Positions 1 through 9,222 of a DNA stretch of 64,000 nucleotides are shown piece after piece. Location: NCBI GenBank assembly GCA_012103255.1, contig WLXD01000005.1, forward strand, positions 202,560 through 266,559, in the 5' to 3' direction. Source of the DNA: Acidobacteriota bacterium. GTDB taxonomy: Bacteria; Acidobacteriota; UBA890; WLXD01. Position numbers and translations under genes: made by a program. The notes beneath the pieces were generated by a model, which was given only the letters and a program-made list of their open reading frames with translations, ran no database searches and was not told the origin of the DNA. How positions within the stretch are numbered: the first letter of the stretch is position 1; each line of letters starts with the position of its first letter.

Positions 1-1
1 T

Positions 2-832
2 TGCGCCTGTTGCAGGAATCGCGCGAACTCATCGAGACGCCCGATCTCGACTGACGGCGAGTTCTTCGTCGAGATCCTCGGCGCGGGCAACGGTCGGCCC
101 GGGGCGATCCGTGACACGGCGGGTCTTCTTCTCTGCGGCGGTGGCCGACGTGTCCTGATCGACTGCCCGGGCGGAATTGTCACCAAGCTTGCGCGCCTCG
201 ACGTGGCGCCCGAGAGCCTCGCGGCGGTGGTGATTACTCACGATCACGTCGATCATGTGTATGGATTTCCACATCTGGTTCACGCGCTCGCCATTGAACG
301 GTGTCTCGATCCGGTGATGGTTCTGGCCCCTGCGGAAGCACTCGACACGATTGATCGAGCCCTCGCGGCGTACGGGTTGATTGGCGATAGCTATCCGGTC
401 GTGCAGGGCGACGTGGTGGACCCGGGCGAGCGCTCTGGGCGCCAGGTGGCTGGCATGCATCTACGCACAGGCTGGGCGCGTCACTCGCGTCCAACGCTTG
501 CCCTGCGCTGTGACATCGGCGGCACGAGCGTGGGCCTGACGTCGGACACACTCGCGACGACCAATCTGGATGGCCTCTTCGATGGCGTGCACACGCTGTT
601 TCACGATTGTGGTGGGTCACGTTCCACAAACGGTGGTTGGAGGGCGCATCATGCCACCGCTCACGACGCGGGAGTGATGGCGGCACGCGTCGGTGCTCAG
701 CGCCTTCTTCTGACCCATTTACCGCCGCTGAACGGCGATCTGGGGGAGCGATTACTCGAAGAGGCCGGGGCCGCGTTCGCCGGCCAGGTCGTCCTGGCGA
801 CAGACGGCGAGCGCGTCAGATTCGACACCTGA
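2..832 (+). CDS. MBL-fold metallo-hydrolase (RNase Z/ElaC-like superfamily); 5' end runs off the window start
   Basis: The frame is open from nt 2 and the upstream in-frame translation ...EFFVEILGAGNGRPGAIRDTAGLLLCGGGRRVLIDCPGG... looks like a beta-lactamase-fold N-terminus. The ORF-track start at 203 is a GTG inside this frame. The metal-binding motif VITHDHVDHVYG (HxHxDH) is present. The stop is TGA at 830-832. Confidence 0.7.
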   Translation, partial: CACCRNRANSSRRPISTDGEFFVEILGAGNGRPGAIRDTAGLLLCGGGRRVLIDCPGGIVTKLARLDVAPESLAAVVITHDHVDHVYGFPHLVHALAIERCLDPVMVLAPAEALDTIDRALAAYGLIGDSYPVVQGDVVDPGERSGRQVAGMHLRTGWARHSRPTLALRCDIGGTSVGLTSDTLATTNLDGLFDGVHTLFHDCGGSRSTNGGWRAHHATAHDAGVMAARVGAQRLLLTHLPPLNGDLGERLLEEAGAAFAGQVVLATDGERVRFDT

Positions 833-870
833 CGCCGCATTGTCTCGCGGTGCGGTAACCTCACGCCGCT

Positions 871-1494
871 ATGGAGGAAATGGACCTTGAGACAGTCCGA
901 CGCGCCTACTCGAGATGGGCGCGCGTGTATGACCTGGCGTTCGGGCCGGGAATGGTCAAGGCACGCAAACGGGGCATCTCGATGTTGCAGCTTGGGCGCG
1001 AAGCCAAGGTCCTCGAAGTCGGAGTTGGAACCGGACTCTCGCTGCCCTTTTTCCCATCTGATTGCCATGTGTACGGCGTCGACATCTCCAGGGACATGCT
1101 CGCGCGAGCCCACGAGAGGGCAGCGCATCCGCGACGGGGCTTGATCGAAGGGGATGTCGCACACCTTCCGTTCGATGATGGGACGTTCGACGGGATCCTG
1201 GCACCGTATGTTGTCTCGGCGGTACCCGATCCGGTTGCCATGCTGCGCGAGGTCCGTCGGGTGGCAAAAGCGGGTGCTCGTATCGTTCTCCTGAATCACT
1301 TTGCCAGCGAACACCCACTGCTCGCGGCGATCGAGCGGGCCATCAATCCCGCAACAACCCGGATGCTGGGATTTCATGCGGATTTTGATGTGCAGCCGCT
1401 GCTCGACGAGGTTGGACTCGCGGTGAGCGAGTCGGAGAAAGTGCCGCCGTTTGGCTACTGGCGCGCCCTGCGCGTTGACGGAGCAGAGGTATGA
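871..1494 (+). CDS. class I SAM-dependent methyltransferase (UbiE/COQ5-like, Methyltransf_11 type)
   Basis: It has the Gly-rich SAM motif VLEVGVGTGLSL. The acidic loop GVDISRDML and the downstream ...DGTFDGIL... block are typical of small-molecule methyltransferases. The start has an RBS-like ATGGAGGAAATGG context. The stop overlaps the next start (ATGA at 1491-1494). Confidence 0.8.
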   Translation: MEEMDLETVRRAYSRWARVYDLAFGPGMVKARKRGISMLQLGREAKVLEVGVGTGLSLPFFPSDCHVYGVDISRDMLARAHERAAHPRRGLIEGDVAHLPFDDGTFDGILAPYVVSAVPDPVAMLREVRRVAKAGARIVLLNHFASEHPLLAAIERAINPATTRMLGFHADFDVQPLLDEVGLAVSESEKVPPFGYWRALRVDGAEV

Positions 1495-2510
1495 GCGACA
1501 TTGTCGCGAGTGCGCCCCTGCGCGTCGATCTCGCTGGCGGGACGCTAGACCTGTGGCCGCTGTCGGTGCTGCACGAGGATGCGAGTACGGTGAATGTCGC
1601 GCTGAGCCTTCGCGCGCGCGCGTCCTACACGTCGACTCGCGGTGGGTGGCACTTCGAAGCGAGAGACCATGAGGCGGAGCTCAGGGTTGCTGCAGAAGGG
1701 CTACGCAAGGCTGCCGCGGCGGCCACCGATGGCGACTTCTTTGCGCTCGTGCTTAAGGTGCTCGACCACATCGACTGGAATGAGAGTGGGCACGTCGTGA
1801 CAAGCGTAGACGGCCCTCCTGGGGGCGGCCTCGCGGGTTCGTCGGCGCTGATGGTGGCGCTCCTCGGATTGGCGCACACGGGCGCCGGGCGTCGCCTGGA
1901 CCGCAAGCGGTGTCCCGCTCTTGCGCGTGACCTCGAGGCGCGCGTTCTTGGGCTGCCCACCGGGGTCCAGGACTACTACCCGGCGATCCATGGTGGTGCT
2001 CTTCACCTCGAGTACCAGCCCGGTGCGACGCACTGCAATCGGATTGCGGCCGATTTCGACGCGCTCGAGGCCCGGGCCGTCCTCGCCTACAGCGGCAAGC
2101 CACATGCCTCGGCGCCGTCCAACTGGAGCATCTATCGGCGGCGCCTTGAAGGGGAGCGGTTGGCCGTCGAGTCGTTTTCGGCCATTTCCCATGCTGCGGC
2201 CGCTGCCGCGAGCGCGCTGCGTAGGTCCGACTGGCGCCGACTGGGCGAGGCGATGACTAGCGATTGGGAGGCCCGGAAACGCCTCGATCCGGCGCTGGCA
2301 CCGCCAGCTCTGGTGGACCTGGAGACGGTTGGGCTCGAGGCGGGTGCGCGGGCCGCCAAGTGTTGCGGCGCTGCCTCGGGCGGAACGATGCTCTTCCTGC
2401 TCAAGCGACCGCGGGATCGCAGGCGGGTCGAAACCACCCTCAGCGAAGCGGGCGCGCGGATATTGCCCTTCAAGGTGGCCCGGACAGGACTCACGGTTCG
2501 CCGGCGATGA
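1491..2510 (+). CDS. GHMP-family sugar kinase, HddA/COG2605-like (sugar anomeric/7-phosphate kinase type)
   Basis: The N-terminal APLRVDLAGGTLDL motif is characteristic of HddA-like GHMP kinases. The ATP-binding GHMP motif PPGGGLAGSSALMVALLGL is present. The start overlaps the upstream stop and the stop overlaps the downstream start (ATGA at 2507-2510). Confidence 0.75.
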   Translation: MSDIVASAPLRVDLAGGTLDLWPLSVLHEDASTVNVALSLRARASYTSTRGGWHFEARDHEAELRVAAEGLRKAAAAATDGDFFALVLKVLDHIDWNESGHVVTSVDGPPGGGLAGSSALMVALLGLAHTGAGRRLDRKRCPALARDLEARVLGLPTGVQDYYPAIHGGALHLEYQPGATHCNRIAADFDALEARAVLAYSGKPHASAPSNWSIYRRRLEGERLAVESFSAISHAAAAAASALRRSDWRRLGEAMTSDWEARKRLDPALAPPALVDLETVGLEAGARAAKCCGAASGGTMLFLLKRPRDRRRVETTLSEAGARILPFKVARTGLTVRRR

Positions 2511-3322
2511 CTCTGGATTGGGCCGTGATTCCAGTCGCGGGGAGTGGTACGCGCATGCTTCCAGCGAGCGCCGTGATTCCCAAGGCGCTATTGCCGGTCG
2601 GCGCCTGGCCGATGCTTCATTGGGTCCTGGATGAGTGCGTGCGGGCCGGGATTGGCGGCGTCGCGATGATCGTGGGCCCCGATCAGCCATTGGTTCGCGA
2701 ATACGTGGAGGTTGCGATTGCAAGAGGTCGCGGCGCTGAGAACGATGATCTGGCCCGGTTGGGCAGGGGACTCGCGGAGCTGGAGCTTGAGTGGGTGGTT
2801 CAAACCGAACCTCGCGGCGTGGGCCACGCCTTCATGTTGGCCCGGCCCATCACCGGAGACTCACCGTATGGCGTGCTGTTACCGGATAACTGGTTTGAGG
2901 CCAAGCCGGGGGCGATAGCGCAGGTGACGACCGCATTCGAACGCACCGGCCATTGTGCGTTCGGTTTGACGCGCGTCGACCCGGAGGAGGCCTGGCTTTT
3001 CGGTAATGTGGGCGGCGTCGAGTTGGATTCGGCCGGAGGGGACACCTACAGGGTCGTCGGTCTACAGGACAAGTTGCCGGGAACCTTCGACGCCGAGCAG
3101 CCTGTACTACGGGGCTGTGCGCGCTACGTCGTTGATGGGCGCTTCTACGACGCGCTCGACGCTACCGGGCCACCGCCGGACGGAGAGTGGGATGACGTGC
3201 CCGCGTTCCAGGCATTGATCGCCGCAGATGGGTTAGCCGCGCAGCATATTCAAGGTCGCCACTACGACGTGGGACACATGGCCGGCTATTTGAGGGCGGC
3301 GGCCTATCTCGCTGAGCGATAG
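2507..3322 (+). CDS. sugar-1-phosphate nucleotidyltransferase, GalU (UTP-glucose-1-phosphate uridylyltransferase)-like
   Basis: The start is re-assigned to ATG 2507. The ORF-track 2264 start lies inside the upstream kinase and gives a non-protein-like extension. The N-terminus AVIPVAGSGTRMLPASAVIPKALLPV matches the GalU signature A(V/I)IPxAGxGTRxLPxTKxxPKEMLP. Confidence 0.75.
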   Translation: MTLDWAVIPVAGSGTRMLPASAVIPKALLPVGAWPMLHWVLDECVRAGIGGVAMIVGPDQPLVREYVEVAIARGRGAENDDLARLGRGLAELELEWVVQTEPRGVGHAFMLARPITGDSPYGVLLPDNWFEAKPGAIAQVTTAFERTGHCAFGLTRVDPEEAWLFGNVGGVELDSAGGDTYRVVGLQDKLPGTFDAEQPVLRGCARYVVDGRFYDALDATGPPPDGEWDDVPAFQALIAADGLAAQHIQGRHYDVGHMAGYLRAAAYLAER

Positions 3323-3924
3323 TCGCGAATAGCGCCGGTGATGACGCCGCGGACCTGAATTTGACCGTCAGGAATGTAGAGAGGCTCGCGACCATCCACG
3401 GTCGGTTCGAGCCGGACATGTGACGACTCGCGGTAGTAGCGGCCGATGGCCGTGACGTCTCCGCGAAGAAGCGCCAGAACCACCTCACCATCGCGAACAC
3501 CGGGTCGATCCTCGACGATCAGAAGGTCGCCCTCGGCCAGGGATTCGTCGGCGAGAGACGCCCCACGCACCCGCAGAAGAAATACGGGCACCGACGAAGC
3601 GAAGGTCGCTGGTACCTCGATGGTCTCGGTGGTGCCTACCGCTTCAATGGGGCGACCGGCGAGCAACTGGCCAAGCACGGGCGCTGCAAAGGAACTTCGC
3701 GAGTCCGGTTCGACGATTTCGAGTCCCCGTCCCTGATGCCGCGTCTTCCGGAGGTAGCCCTTTGAGACCAGTTGCTGCACATGCTTGTAGACGGTCGCGG
3801 GCGAGCTCAGGCCGAAGTGTTCGCCGATTTCCTCAAGGGTGGGGGCGTAGCCTCGATCGCGCACATAGCCGGCGATGTAGTCGAGGGTCTCTTTCTGCCG
3901 TTTTGTGAGATACATGGCTCGCAC
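3304..3924 (-). CDS. lexA: LexA repressor (SOS regulator, S24 peptidase)
   Basis: N-terminal wHTH: LTKRQKETLDYIAGYVRDRGYAPTLEEIGEHFGLSSPATVYKHVQQLVSKGYL. C-terminal S24 domain with the GASLADESLAEGDLLIVE ... ALLRGDVTAIG motifs (Ser/Lys dyad region). Confidence 0.9.
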   Translation of the reverse strand: MRAMYLTKRQKETLDYIAGYVRDRGYAPTLEEIGEHFGLSSPATVYKHVQQLVSKGYLRKTRHQGRGLEIVEPDSRSSFAAPVLGQLLAGRPIEAVGTTETIEVPATFASSVPVFLLRVRGASLADESLAEGDLLIVEDRPGVRDGEVVLALLRGDVTAIGRYYRESSHVRLEPTVDGREPLYIPDGQIQVRGVITGAIRDYRSAR

Positions 3925-4011
3925 AAGAAGAGTCGGATCCGGGAAGCATCGTCATGGTGAAGCGAAAGTCAAGTGAGTCGCGTTTCAGGCGAGGCGTTGT
4001 ACCCTCGTCAC

Positions 4012-4458
4012 ATGCGCTATCTAGCTCTGGATATCGGCACGAAACGTACCGGGCTGGCGGTCTCGGACGCCACCGGACTGATCGCTCGCCCGTACGACGT
4101 GATTACCGGCGCGGGCGATGTTGATCAACTTGTGGCGAGGCTACGCGAGGTCGTGGAGACGGAAGAGGTGGAGGCGGTCGTGCTCGGCCTTCCGCGGCGG
4201 CTCGGCGGAGAGGAGGGGCCAGAGGCCACTCGTGTTCGTGCCATCGCAGGGCAGATCGCAGGCGCGTTCCCGGTTCCGGTGTCCCTGTGGGATGAGCGCC
4301 TCAGTACGGTCGAGGCGACTGAACGGTTGATCGAAGCCGGCGTCCGTCGCAAAGCCCGCAAGGGCATGGTGGACAAGGTTGCCGCGGCGTTGATCCTGCA
4401 GAGTTTTCTGGACGCCGGTTCGCCTGATTCGGCGCGCCTCGCGGAGGCGCCAGCATGA
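4012..4458 (+). CDS. ruvX: Holliday-junction resolvase-like / pre-16S rRNA nuclease RuvX (YqgF)
   Basis: MRYLALDIGTKRTGLAVSD matches the YqgF/RNase H-like N-terminus. The ORF-track start at 3973 is an upstream extension. The conserved ...ERLSTVEA... motif is present. Confidence 0.85.
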   Translation: MRYLALDIGTKRTGLAVSDATGLIARPYDVITGAGDVDQLVARLREVVETEEVEAVVLGLPRRLGGEEGPEATRVRAIAGQIAGAFPVPVSLWDERLSTVEATERLIEAGVRRKARKGMVDKVAAALILQSFLDAGSPDSARLAEAPA

Positions 4459-5465
4459 AGCGCATATTGATCGGACTCGCCGTAGTTCTGGTGGTTGGGT
4501 GTGGCGCTGCCCTTTTCGGTATGCGGTGGATCGATAGTCGAATCTCATCGCCTCACGCTCCGGAGGCCGGGGCAACCAGAGACATTACCATCGCGCGCGG
4601 CATGAACGCGCGTTCGGTTGCGGCCGCGCTCGAACAGGCCGATGTTCTCGAAGACGGACGCGATCTCGTGTGGTGGCTGTGGTGGACGGATCTTGGCGCG
4701 TCCATCCAGGCGGGGGACTATCGCTTTGATGAAGCCGTCTCAGTGGAAGATGTCACGCGAATCATCACGGAGGGACGCGTTCGTCTCTTTCCAGTGACGC
4801 TTCCGGAGGGCTCGAATCGCTGGCAAGCGGCCATCGCGATCGCGTCTGCAGGGTTCGGTGACGAAGAAGCGGCCCTACGATCCTTCATGCGGGTCGACTT
4901 GATCGCAGATCTAGATCCCGAGGGGACCGACCTGGAGGGCTATCTGTTTCCTGAGACGTACCTCGTTCCGTCGGGGACGACGACGGATCAAGTTGTCGAC
5001 CTGATGGTAGCGGCGTTCAGAGAGACGTGGGACGCGGGACTCGGCGCCAGGGCCTCCGAGCTCGGATGGTCGGTTCGTGAGGTTGTCACGCTGGCGTCGC
5101 TGATTGAGGCCGAGACGCCGAGCGCGGACGAGCGGGGCCTGGTTTCCGCAGTGTTCCACAACCGGCTCGAGCGCGGCATGCTGCTGCAAACGGATCCGAC
5201 GGTTCTATACGCGCGCTGGCTAGCCGGCAAGGATGGCCGCACGATCTACATGTCGGACCTGCGGCGTGATTCCCCGTACAATACGTATCTCTATCCAGGC
5301 CTTCCCGCCGGTCCGATCGGCAGCCCGCGTGCATCGAGTCTGGATGCCGCTCTCGATCCCGCTGAATCCGATTTTCTGTATTTCGTGTCTCGCAATGACG
5401 GGACGCACGCCTTTTCGACGAATCTGCGCGATCACAACACACTGGTCAACGAGTACCAACGCTGA
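4455..5465 (+). CDS. mltG: endolytic murein transglycosylase MltG (YceG-like)
   Basis: There is an N-terminal TM helix. The conserved YceG blocks LPEGSNRWQAAIAIAS ... YLFPETYLV ... SLIEAETP ... LQTDPTVLYA ... YNTYLYPGLPAGPIGSP are all present. Confidence 0.9.
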   Translation: MKRILIGLAVVLVVGCGAALFGMRWIDSRISSPHAPEAGATRDITIARGMNARSVAAALEQADVLEDGRDLVWWLWWTDLGASIQAGDYRFDEAVSVEDVTRIITEGRVRLFPVTLPEGSNRWQAAIAIASAGFGDEEAALRSFMRVDLIADLDPEGTDLEGYLFPETYLVPSGTTTDQVVDLMVAAFRETWDAGLGARASELGWSVREVVTLASLIEAETPSADERGLVSAVFHNRLERGMLLQTDPTVLYARWLAGKDGRTIYMSDLRRDSPYNTYLYPGLPAGPIGSPRASSLDAALDPAESDFLYFVSRNDGTHAFSTNLRDHNTLVNEYQR

Positions 5466-5495
5466 CTCGTGAACCCGGTGCCAGGTACGAGACCC

Positions 5496-5978
5496 ATGAG
5501 CGACGACGGATACACGGTGACCCTCGAACGCGATGCGGCTGCCGGTTGGCGGTTCGGGATCGTCGTCAGCCGTTTCAACGAGGACATCACCAAGAGCTTG
5601 TTGGCGGGTGCGCGAGAAACGCTGCGCGAGTACGGCGCTGCTGGCAAGGATGTGGAAGTAGTCCACGTGCCGGGAGCTTTCGAACTTCCGATGGGAGCGA
5701 TGGTGCTAGCGGCGCGTGAGGACATTCATGCGGTGATTTGCGTGGGAGCGCTGATCCGCGGTGAGACGCCGCATTTCGATGTGCTCGGCATGTCCACGGC
5801 CCACGCCGTGCAGAACGTAGCGCGCGAGTACGGCCTTCCGGTGACGTTCGGGCTGATCACGTGCGACACGATGGAACAGGCCAAGGCACGGGCAGGCGGT
5901 GACCGCGGGAACAAGGGTTCGGAGGCCGCGCTCGCGGCGATCGAGATGATCGGAGTCTACTCGGCGGCCGGGGAATAG
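5496..5978 (+). CDS. ribH: 6,7-dimethyl-8-ribityllumazine synthase
   Basis: FGIVVSRFNEDIT ... HVPGAFELP ... ICVGALIRGETPHFD ... GLITCDTMEQA is the classic RibH signature. The ORF-track start at 5469 lies 9 codons upstream. Confidence 0.9.
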   Translation: MSDDGYTVTLERDAAAGWRFGIVVSRFNEDITKSLLAGARETLREYGAAGKDVEVVHVPGAFELPMGAMVLAAREDIHAVICVGALIRGETPHFDVLGMSTAHAVQNVAREYGLPVTFGLITCDTMEQAKARAGGDRGNKGSEAALAAIEMIGVYSAAGE

Positions 5979-5982
5979 AAGG

Positions 5983-6438
5983 GTGGGCGCACGGCATCGC
6001 GGGCGCGAGCGCGCAGTCCAGGCACTCTACGAGTGGGCGGTCACGGGACGGCGCCTGGACACTACTTTCGAGCGTTTCTGGCGCGTGCGCGACGAGTCGG
6101 ATGATGTTCGTCGTTTCGCAGAGCGACTCGTGCGCGGGGTCGCCGACAGCGCGGAGCACATCGATCGCTTGATCGATCATCAGGCAGTGAACTGGCGGCT
6201 CGACCGATTCAGCAACGTCGATCGGAGCATTCTCCGCATCGCGATCTGGGAAATGCTCAACGAGCCGGACACACCGTCGGCGGTGGTCATCGATGAAGCC
6301 ATCGAGCTGGGCAAGAAGTTCAGCGGCCCGGCGGCGGGTCCGTTTATCAACGGAATCCTGGACGGAGTACGGAAACGGCTCGCCGAGGAACCCGCGACGG
6401 CCGAGATGGAACATACGAACGAGGCAGGGGACGGATGA
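5983..6438 (+). CDS. nusB: transcription antitermination factor NusB
   Basis: RERAVQALYEW...RLDRFSNVDRSILRIAIWEML is the NusB fold signature. It sits directly after ribH, the conserved ribH-nusB synteny. Confidence 0.9.
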   Translation: MGARHRGRERAVQALYEWAVTGRRLDTTFERFWRVRDESDDVRRFAERLVRGVADSAEHIDRLIDHQAVNWRLDRFSNVDRSILRIAIWEMLNEPDTPSAVVIDEAIELGKKFSGPAAGPFINGILDGVRKRLAEEPATAEMEHTNEAGDG

Positions 6439-9209
6439 GCGAGTATCGACCTGCGGAATTCGAAGAGAAGTGGCGCGAGCGATGGGAACGCGAGGGCGTT
6501 TACCGTAGCAAGGTGGACTGGGAGCGGCCGAAGCACTACGCGCTGACAATGCTTCCTTATCCCAGCGGGGATCTGCATCTCGGGCATTGGTTCGCCATGG
6601 TCCCGTCCGATGCCCGCGCGCGTTTCAAACGCATGAAGGGATTCAACGTGCTCTTCCCGATGGGCTTCGACGCCTTTGGCCTTCCGGCCGAGAATGCAGC
6701 GATCCAACGCGGCATTCATCCGTGGAAATGGACCTACGAGAACATCGAGAACATGCGGCGCCAGTTTCGCAGCATGGGCGCAATGTTCGACTGGGAACGC
6801 GAAGCGGTCAGTTGCACCCCGGAGTTCTATCGTTGGACGGAGTGGTTCTTCAATCGGTTCCTCGAAGGAGGCCTGGCCTATCGCGGTGAGGCCCTGGTGA
6901 ACTGGTCAGAGTCGCTGCAGACCGTATTGGCCAACGAGCAGGTCATCGACGGAAAGGACGAGCGAACGGGTCAACCCGTCGTCCAGAAGCTCATGTCCCA
7001 GTGGTTCTTTCGCATCACGCAGTATGCAGACGAACTGCTCGAGTTCGACGAGATGGACTGGCCCGAGGCTATCCGCAAAGCGCAGACGAACTGGATCGGT
7101 CGGAGCGAAGGAGCGCGCGTCGCCTTCACGATCGAAGGCGAGACGTCGATCGAGGTCTTCACCACGCGGCCCGACACGTTGTGGGGCGCGACCTTCATGG
7201 TGCTCGCGCCCGAACACGACCTTGTCGATCAGCTCACCAGCGAAGACCAGCGTGAGCAAATCGCCGAGTACGTGGCTGCGGCCGCGAAGGCGAGTGAGAT
7301 TGAACGCAGTGCTGAAGACCGCGAGAAAACGGGCGTCTTCACGGGGAGCTACGCGCAGAATCCGGCCAGCGGCGAGAAGATTCCGATCTGGATCGCAGAC
7401 TACGTAATGGTTGGCTACGGGACCGGCGCGATCATGGCGGTTCCGGCACATGACCAGCGCGACTTCGAGTTCGCGCGGAAGTTCGATCTTGAGGTGCGGC
7501 CGGTGATTACCAGCCCTGAGGGGGTCGTAGACGCCGCAGCCATGACCGAGGCATACGTTGGCGCAGGGGCGATGTTCAACAGTGGTCCGATCGACGGCAC
7601 TCGCTGCACCGACTCCAAGGGTCGGTCCAATCCGGCGATCGCGGCGGCGATCGAGTGGCTTGAGGATCATGAAGTCGGCCGCGAAGCGATCAACTATCGG
7701 CTGCGCGATTGGTTGATCAGCCGGCAGCGCTACTGGGGATGCCCGATTCCGGTCGTTCGACGGGCGGATGGTGAATACGAGACGGTCCCGGACGACTCCT
7801 TGCCGGTCGAATTGCCGCAGGACGTCGAATTCATGCCGACGGGCAGAAGTCCACTGAAGTCGAATTCTGACTTCATGGCCGCCGTGGCCAAGGACGGTGG
7901 CCCCGCGGAGCGCGAAACGGACACCATGGACACCTTCATGTGCTCCTCCTGGTACCAGTACCGGTATCTGAGTCCCGGATACGACGGGGCGCCGTTCGAC
8001 CCTGAGGAAGCCGCGTACTGGTTGCCTGTGGATACGTACACAGGCGGCGCAGAGCACGCGACCATGCACCTGCTCTACACCCGGTTCTTCACGAAGGCGA
8101 TGCGCGATCTCGGCATGTTCGAAGACGCCGCCACGGTGATGCGCCAGCGCGGCCGGGATCCTGGTCGGATTTTCGATGAACCCATGGTTGTGCTGCGTAA
8201 CCAGGGACAGGTTCTAGGCGGAGAGCGCTCGGGCGATGTGGTTCGCGCAACGGGGTCGACTGTCGGCAACGTGTTGCATGCAGATCGTGTGGAGGTCGTC
8301 GGCGACGCACCGGCATCTTGCGAGCCCGACGAGATGGTTGGCGAGATTATGCGGCGTACCGAGAACATTCTCACCCTCACGGCTCCGGATGGCGGTCTGA
8401 TGACGGTTGAGGTCGAGCCTGATGCAAGCATCGATATCCCCGGAATCGACGGGGTCAACTCGGTCGGGCAGCTGCGCCATCACCTCGAAGTCCAACGCAT
8501 GTCCAAGAGCAAGGGCAACGTCGTCAATCCCGACGTTTGGGTCGATCGGCACGGTGCCGATGTGCTCAGGGCCTATCTGATGTTCGGGTTTGACTGGGCG
8601 AAGGGAGGTCCGTTCGACAGCGGCGGAATGCAGGGGGTCGCGCGCTGGCTGCAGGACGTCTGGGCGATAGGTACGACCCCTCCGACCGGACCTGGTGATC
8701 CCGAGCAAGAGGCGATGATCGAGCGCCGTCTCCACCAGACGATCGAGCAGGTTGAGCGAGGGCTCGAGGAGTTCAGCTTCAACACAGCGATTGCCGCCCT
8801 GATGGCGTTCCGGAACGACCTCCGGGCGGCACTGCGCGAAGATCATCTCGGGGACGACGCCTGGCGCGCCACGATGGACGTGATGGTGCGGCTCCTCGGC
8901 CCGTTCGCTCCGCATACAGCCGAAGAACTCTGGGAGCGACTGGGCGGCGACTTCAGCGTGCACGCGCAGGAGTGGCCGGCCTACGATCCGGAGAAGGCGG
9001 CCGAAGATACGGTCACGCTGGTGGTTTTGGTGAATGGTAAAGTCCGGGATCGGGTGGACGTCGCGGCGGACGTCGGACAAGACGAGGCCAGAACTCTGGG
9101 ACTCGCCACGGAAGGCGCGCGTCGCTACATTGGCGACAGTGGACCGCGGAAGGTGATCTTCATTCCGGCACGCAAGGGTCAGGAACCGAAGCTCAACATC
9201 GTCGTTTGA
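6435..9209 (+). CDS. leuS: leucyl-tRNA synthetase
   Basis: A 924-aa class I aaRS. It has the HIGH-type motif (PYPSGDLHLGHW) and the KMSKS motif (QRMSKSKGNVV). It is an intact long ORF. Confidence 0.97.
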   Translation: MSEYRPAEFEEKWRERWEREGVYRSKVDWERPKHYALTMLPYPSGDLHLGHWFAMVPSDARARFKRMKGFNVLFPMGFDAFGLPAENAAIQRGIHPWKWTYENIENMRRQFRSMGAMFDWEREAVSCTPEFYRWTEWFFNRFLEGGLAYRGEALVNWSESLQTVLANEQVIDGKDERTGQPVVQKLMSQWFFRITQYADELLEFDEMDWPEAIRKAQTNWIGRSEGARVAFTIEGETSIEVFTTRPDTLWGATFMVLAPEHDLVDQLTSEDQREQIAEYVAAAAKASEIERSAEDREKTGVFTGSYAQNPASGEKIPIWIADYVMVGYGTGAIMAVPAHDQRDFEFARKFDLEVRPVITSPEGVVDAAAMTEAYVGAGAMFNSGPIDGTRCTDSKGRSNPAIAAAIEWLEDHEVGREAINYRLRDWLISRQRYWGCPIPVVRRADGEYETVPDDSLPVELPQDVEFMPTGRSPLKSNSDFMAAVAKDGGPAERETDTMDTFMCSSWYQYRYLSPGYDGAPFDPEEAAYWLPVDTYTGGAEHATMHLLYTRFFTKAMRDLGMFEDAATVMRQRGRDPGRIFDEPMVVLRNQGQVLGGERSGDVVRATGSTVGNVLHADRVEVVGDAPASCEPDEMVGEIMRRTENILTLTAPDGGLMTVEVEPDASIDIPGIDGVNSVGQLRHHLEVQRMSKSKGNVVNPDVWVDRHGADVLRAYLMFGFDWAKGGPFDSGGMQGVARWLQDVWAIGTTPPTGPGDPEQEAMIERRLHQTIEQVERGLEEFSFNTAIAALMAFRNDLRAALREDHLGDDAWRATMDVMVRLLGPFAPHTAEELWERLGGDFSVHAQEWPAYDPEKAAEDTVTLVVLVNGKVRDRVDVAADVGQDEARTLGLATEGARRYIGDSGPRKVIFIPARKGQEPKLNIVV

Positions 9210-9222
9210 CAGGAGTGCCTGG

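Noticed and set aside
697-1377. Long antisense ORFs throughout the window, on the strand opposite to the called genes. Examples include 697..1377(-), 1701..2723(-), 6906..8069(-), 8214..9080(-), 12503..13576(-), 13772..14482(-), 15452..16171(-), 17439..18119(+), 21372..21998(-), 40387..41754(+), 42001..42804(+), 49127..50287(+) and 55446..55907(+).
   Set aside because: Their translations are Arg/Pro/Gly-rich low-complexity sequence typical of non-coding frames in high-GC DNA. They fully overlap well-supported genes with recognisable motifs on the other strand.
2264-2506. Upstream extension of the nucleotidyltransferase ORF (ORF-track start 2264).
   Set aside because: The extension lies inside the GHMP kinase gene in another frame and reads as Gly/Arg-rich junk. 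The GalU-like N-terminus begins at ATG 2507 with an ATGA overlap.
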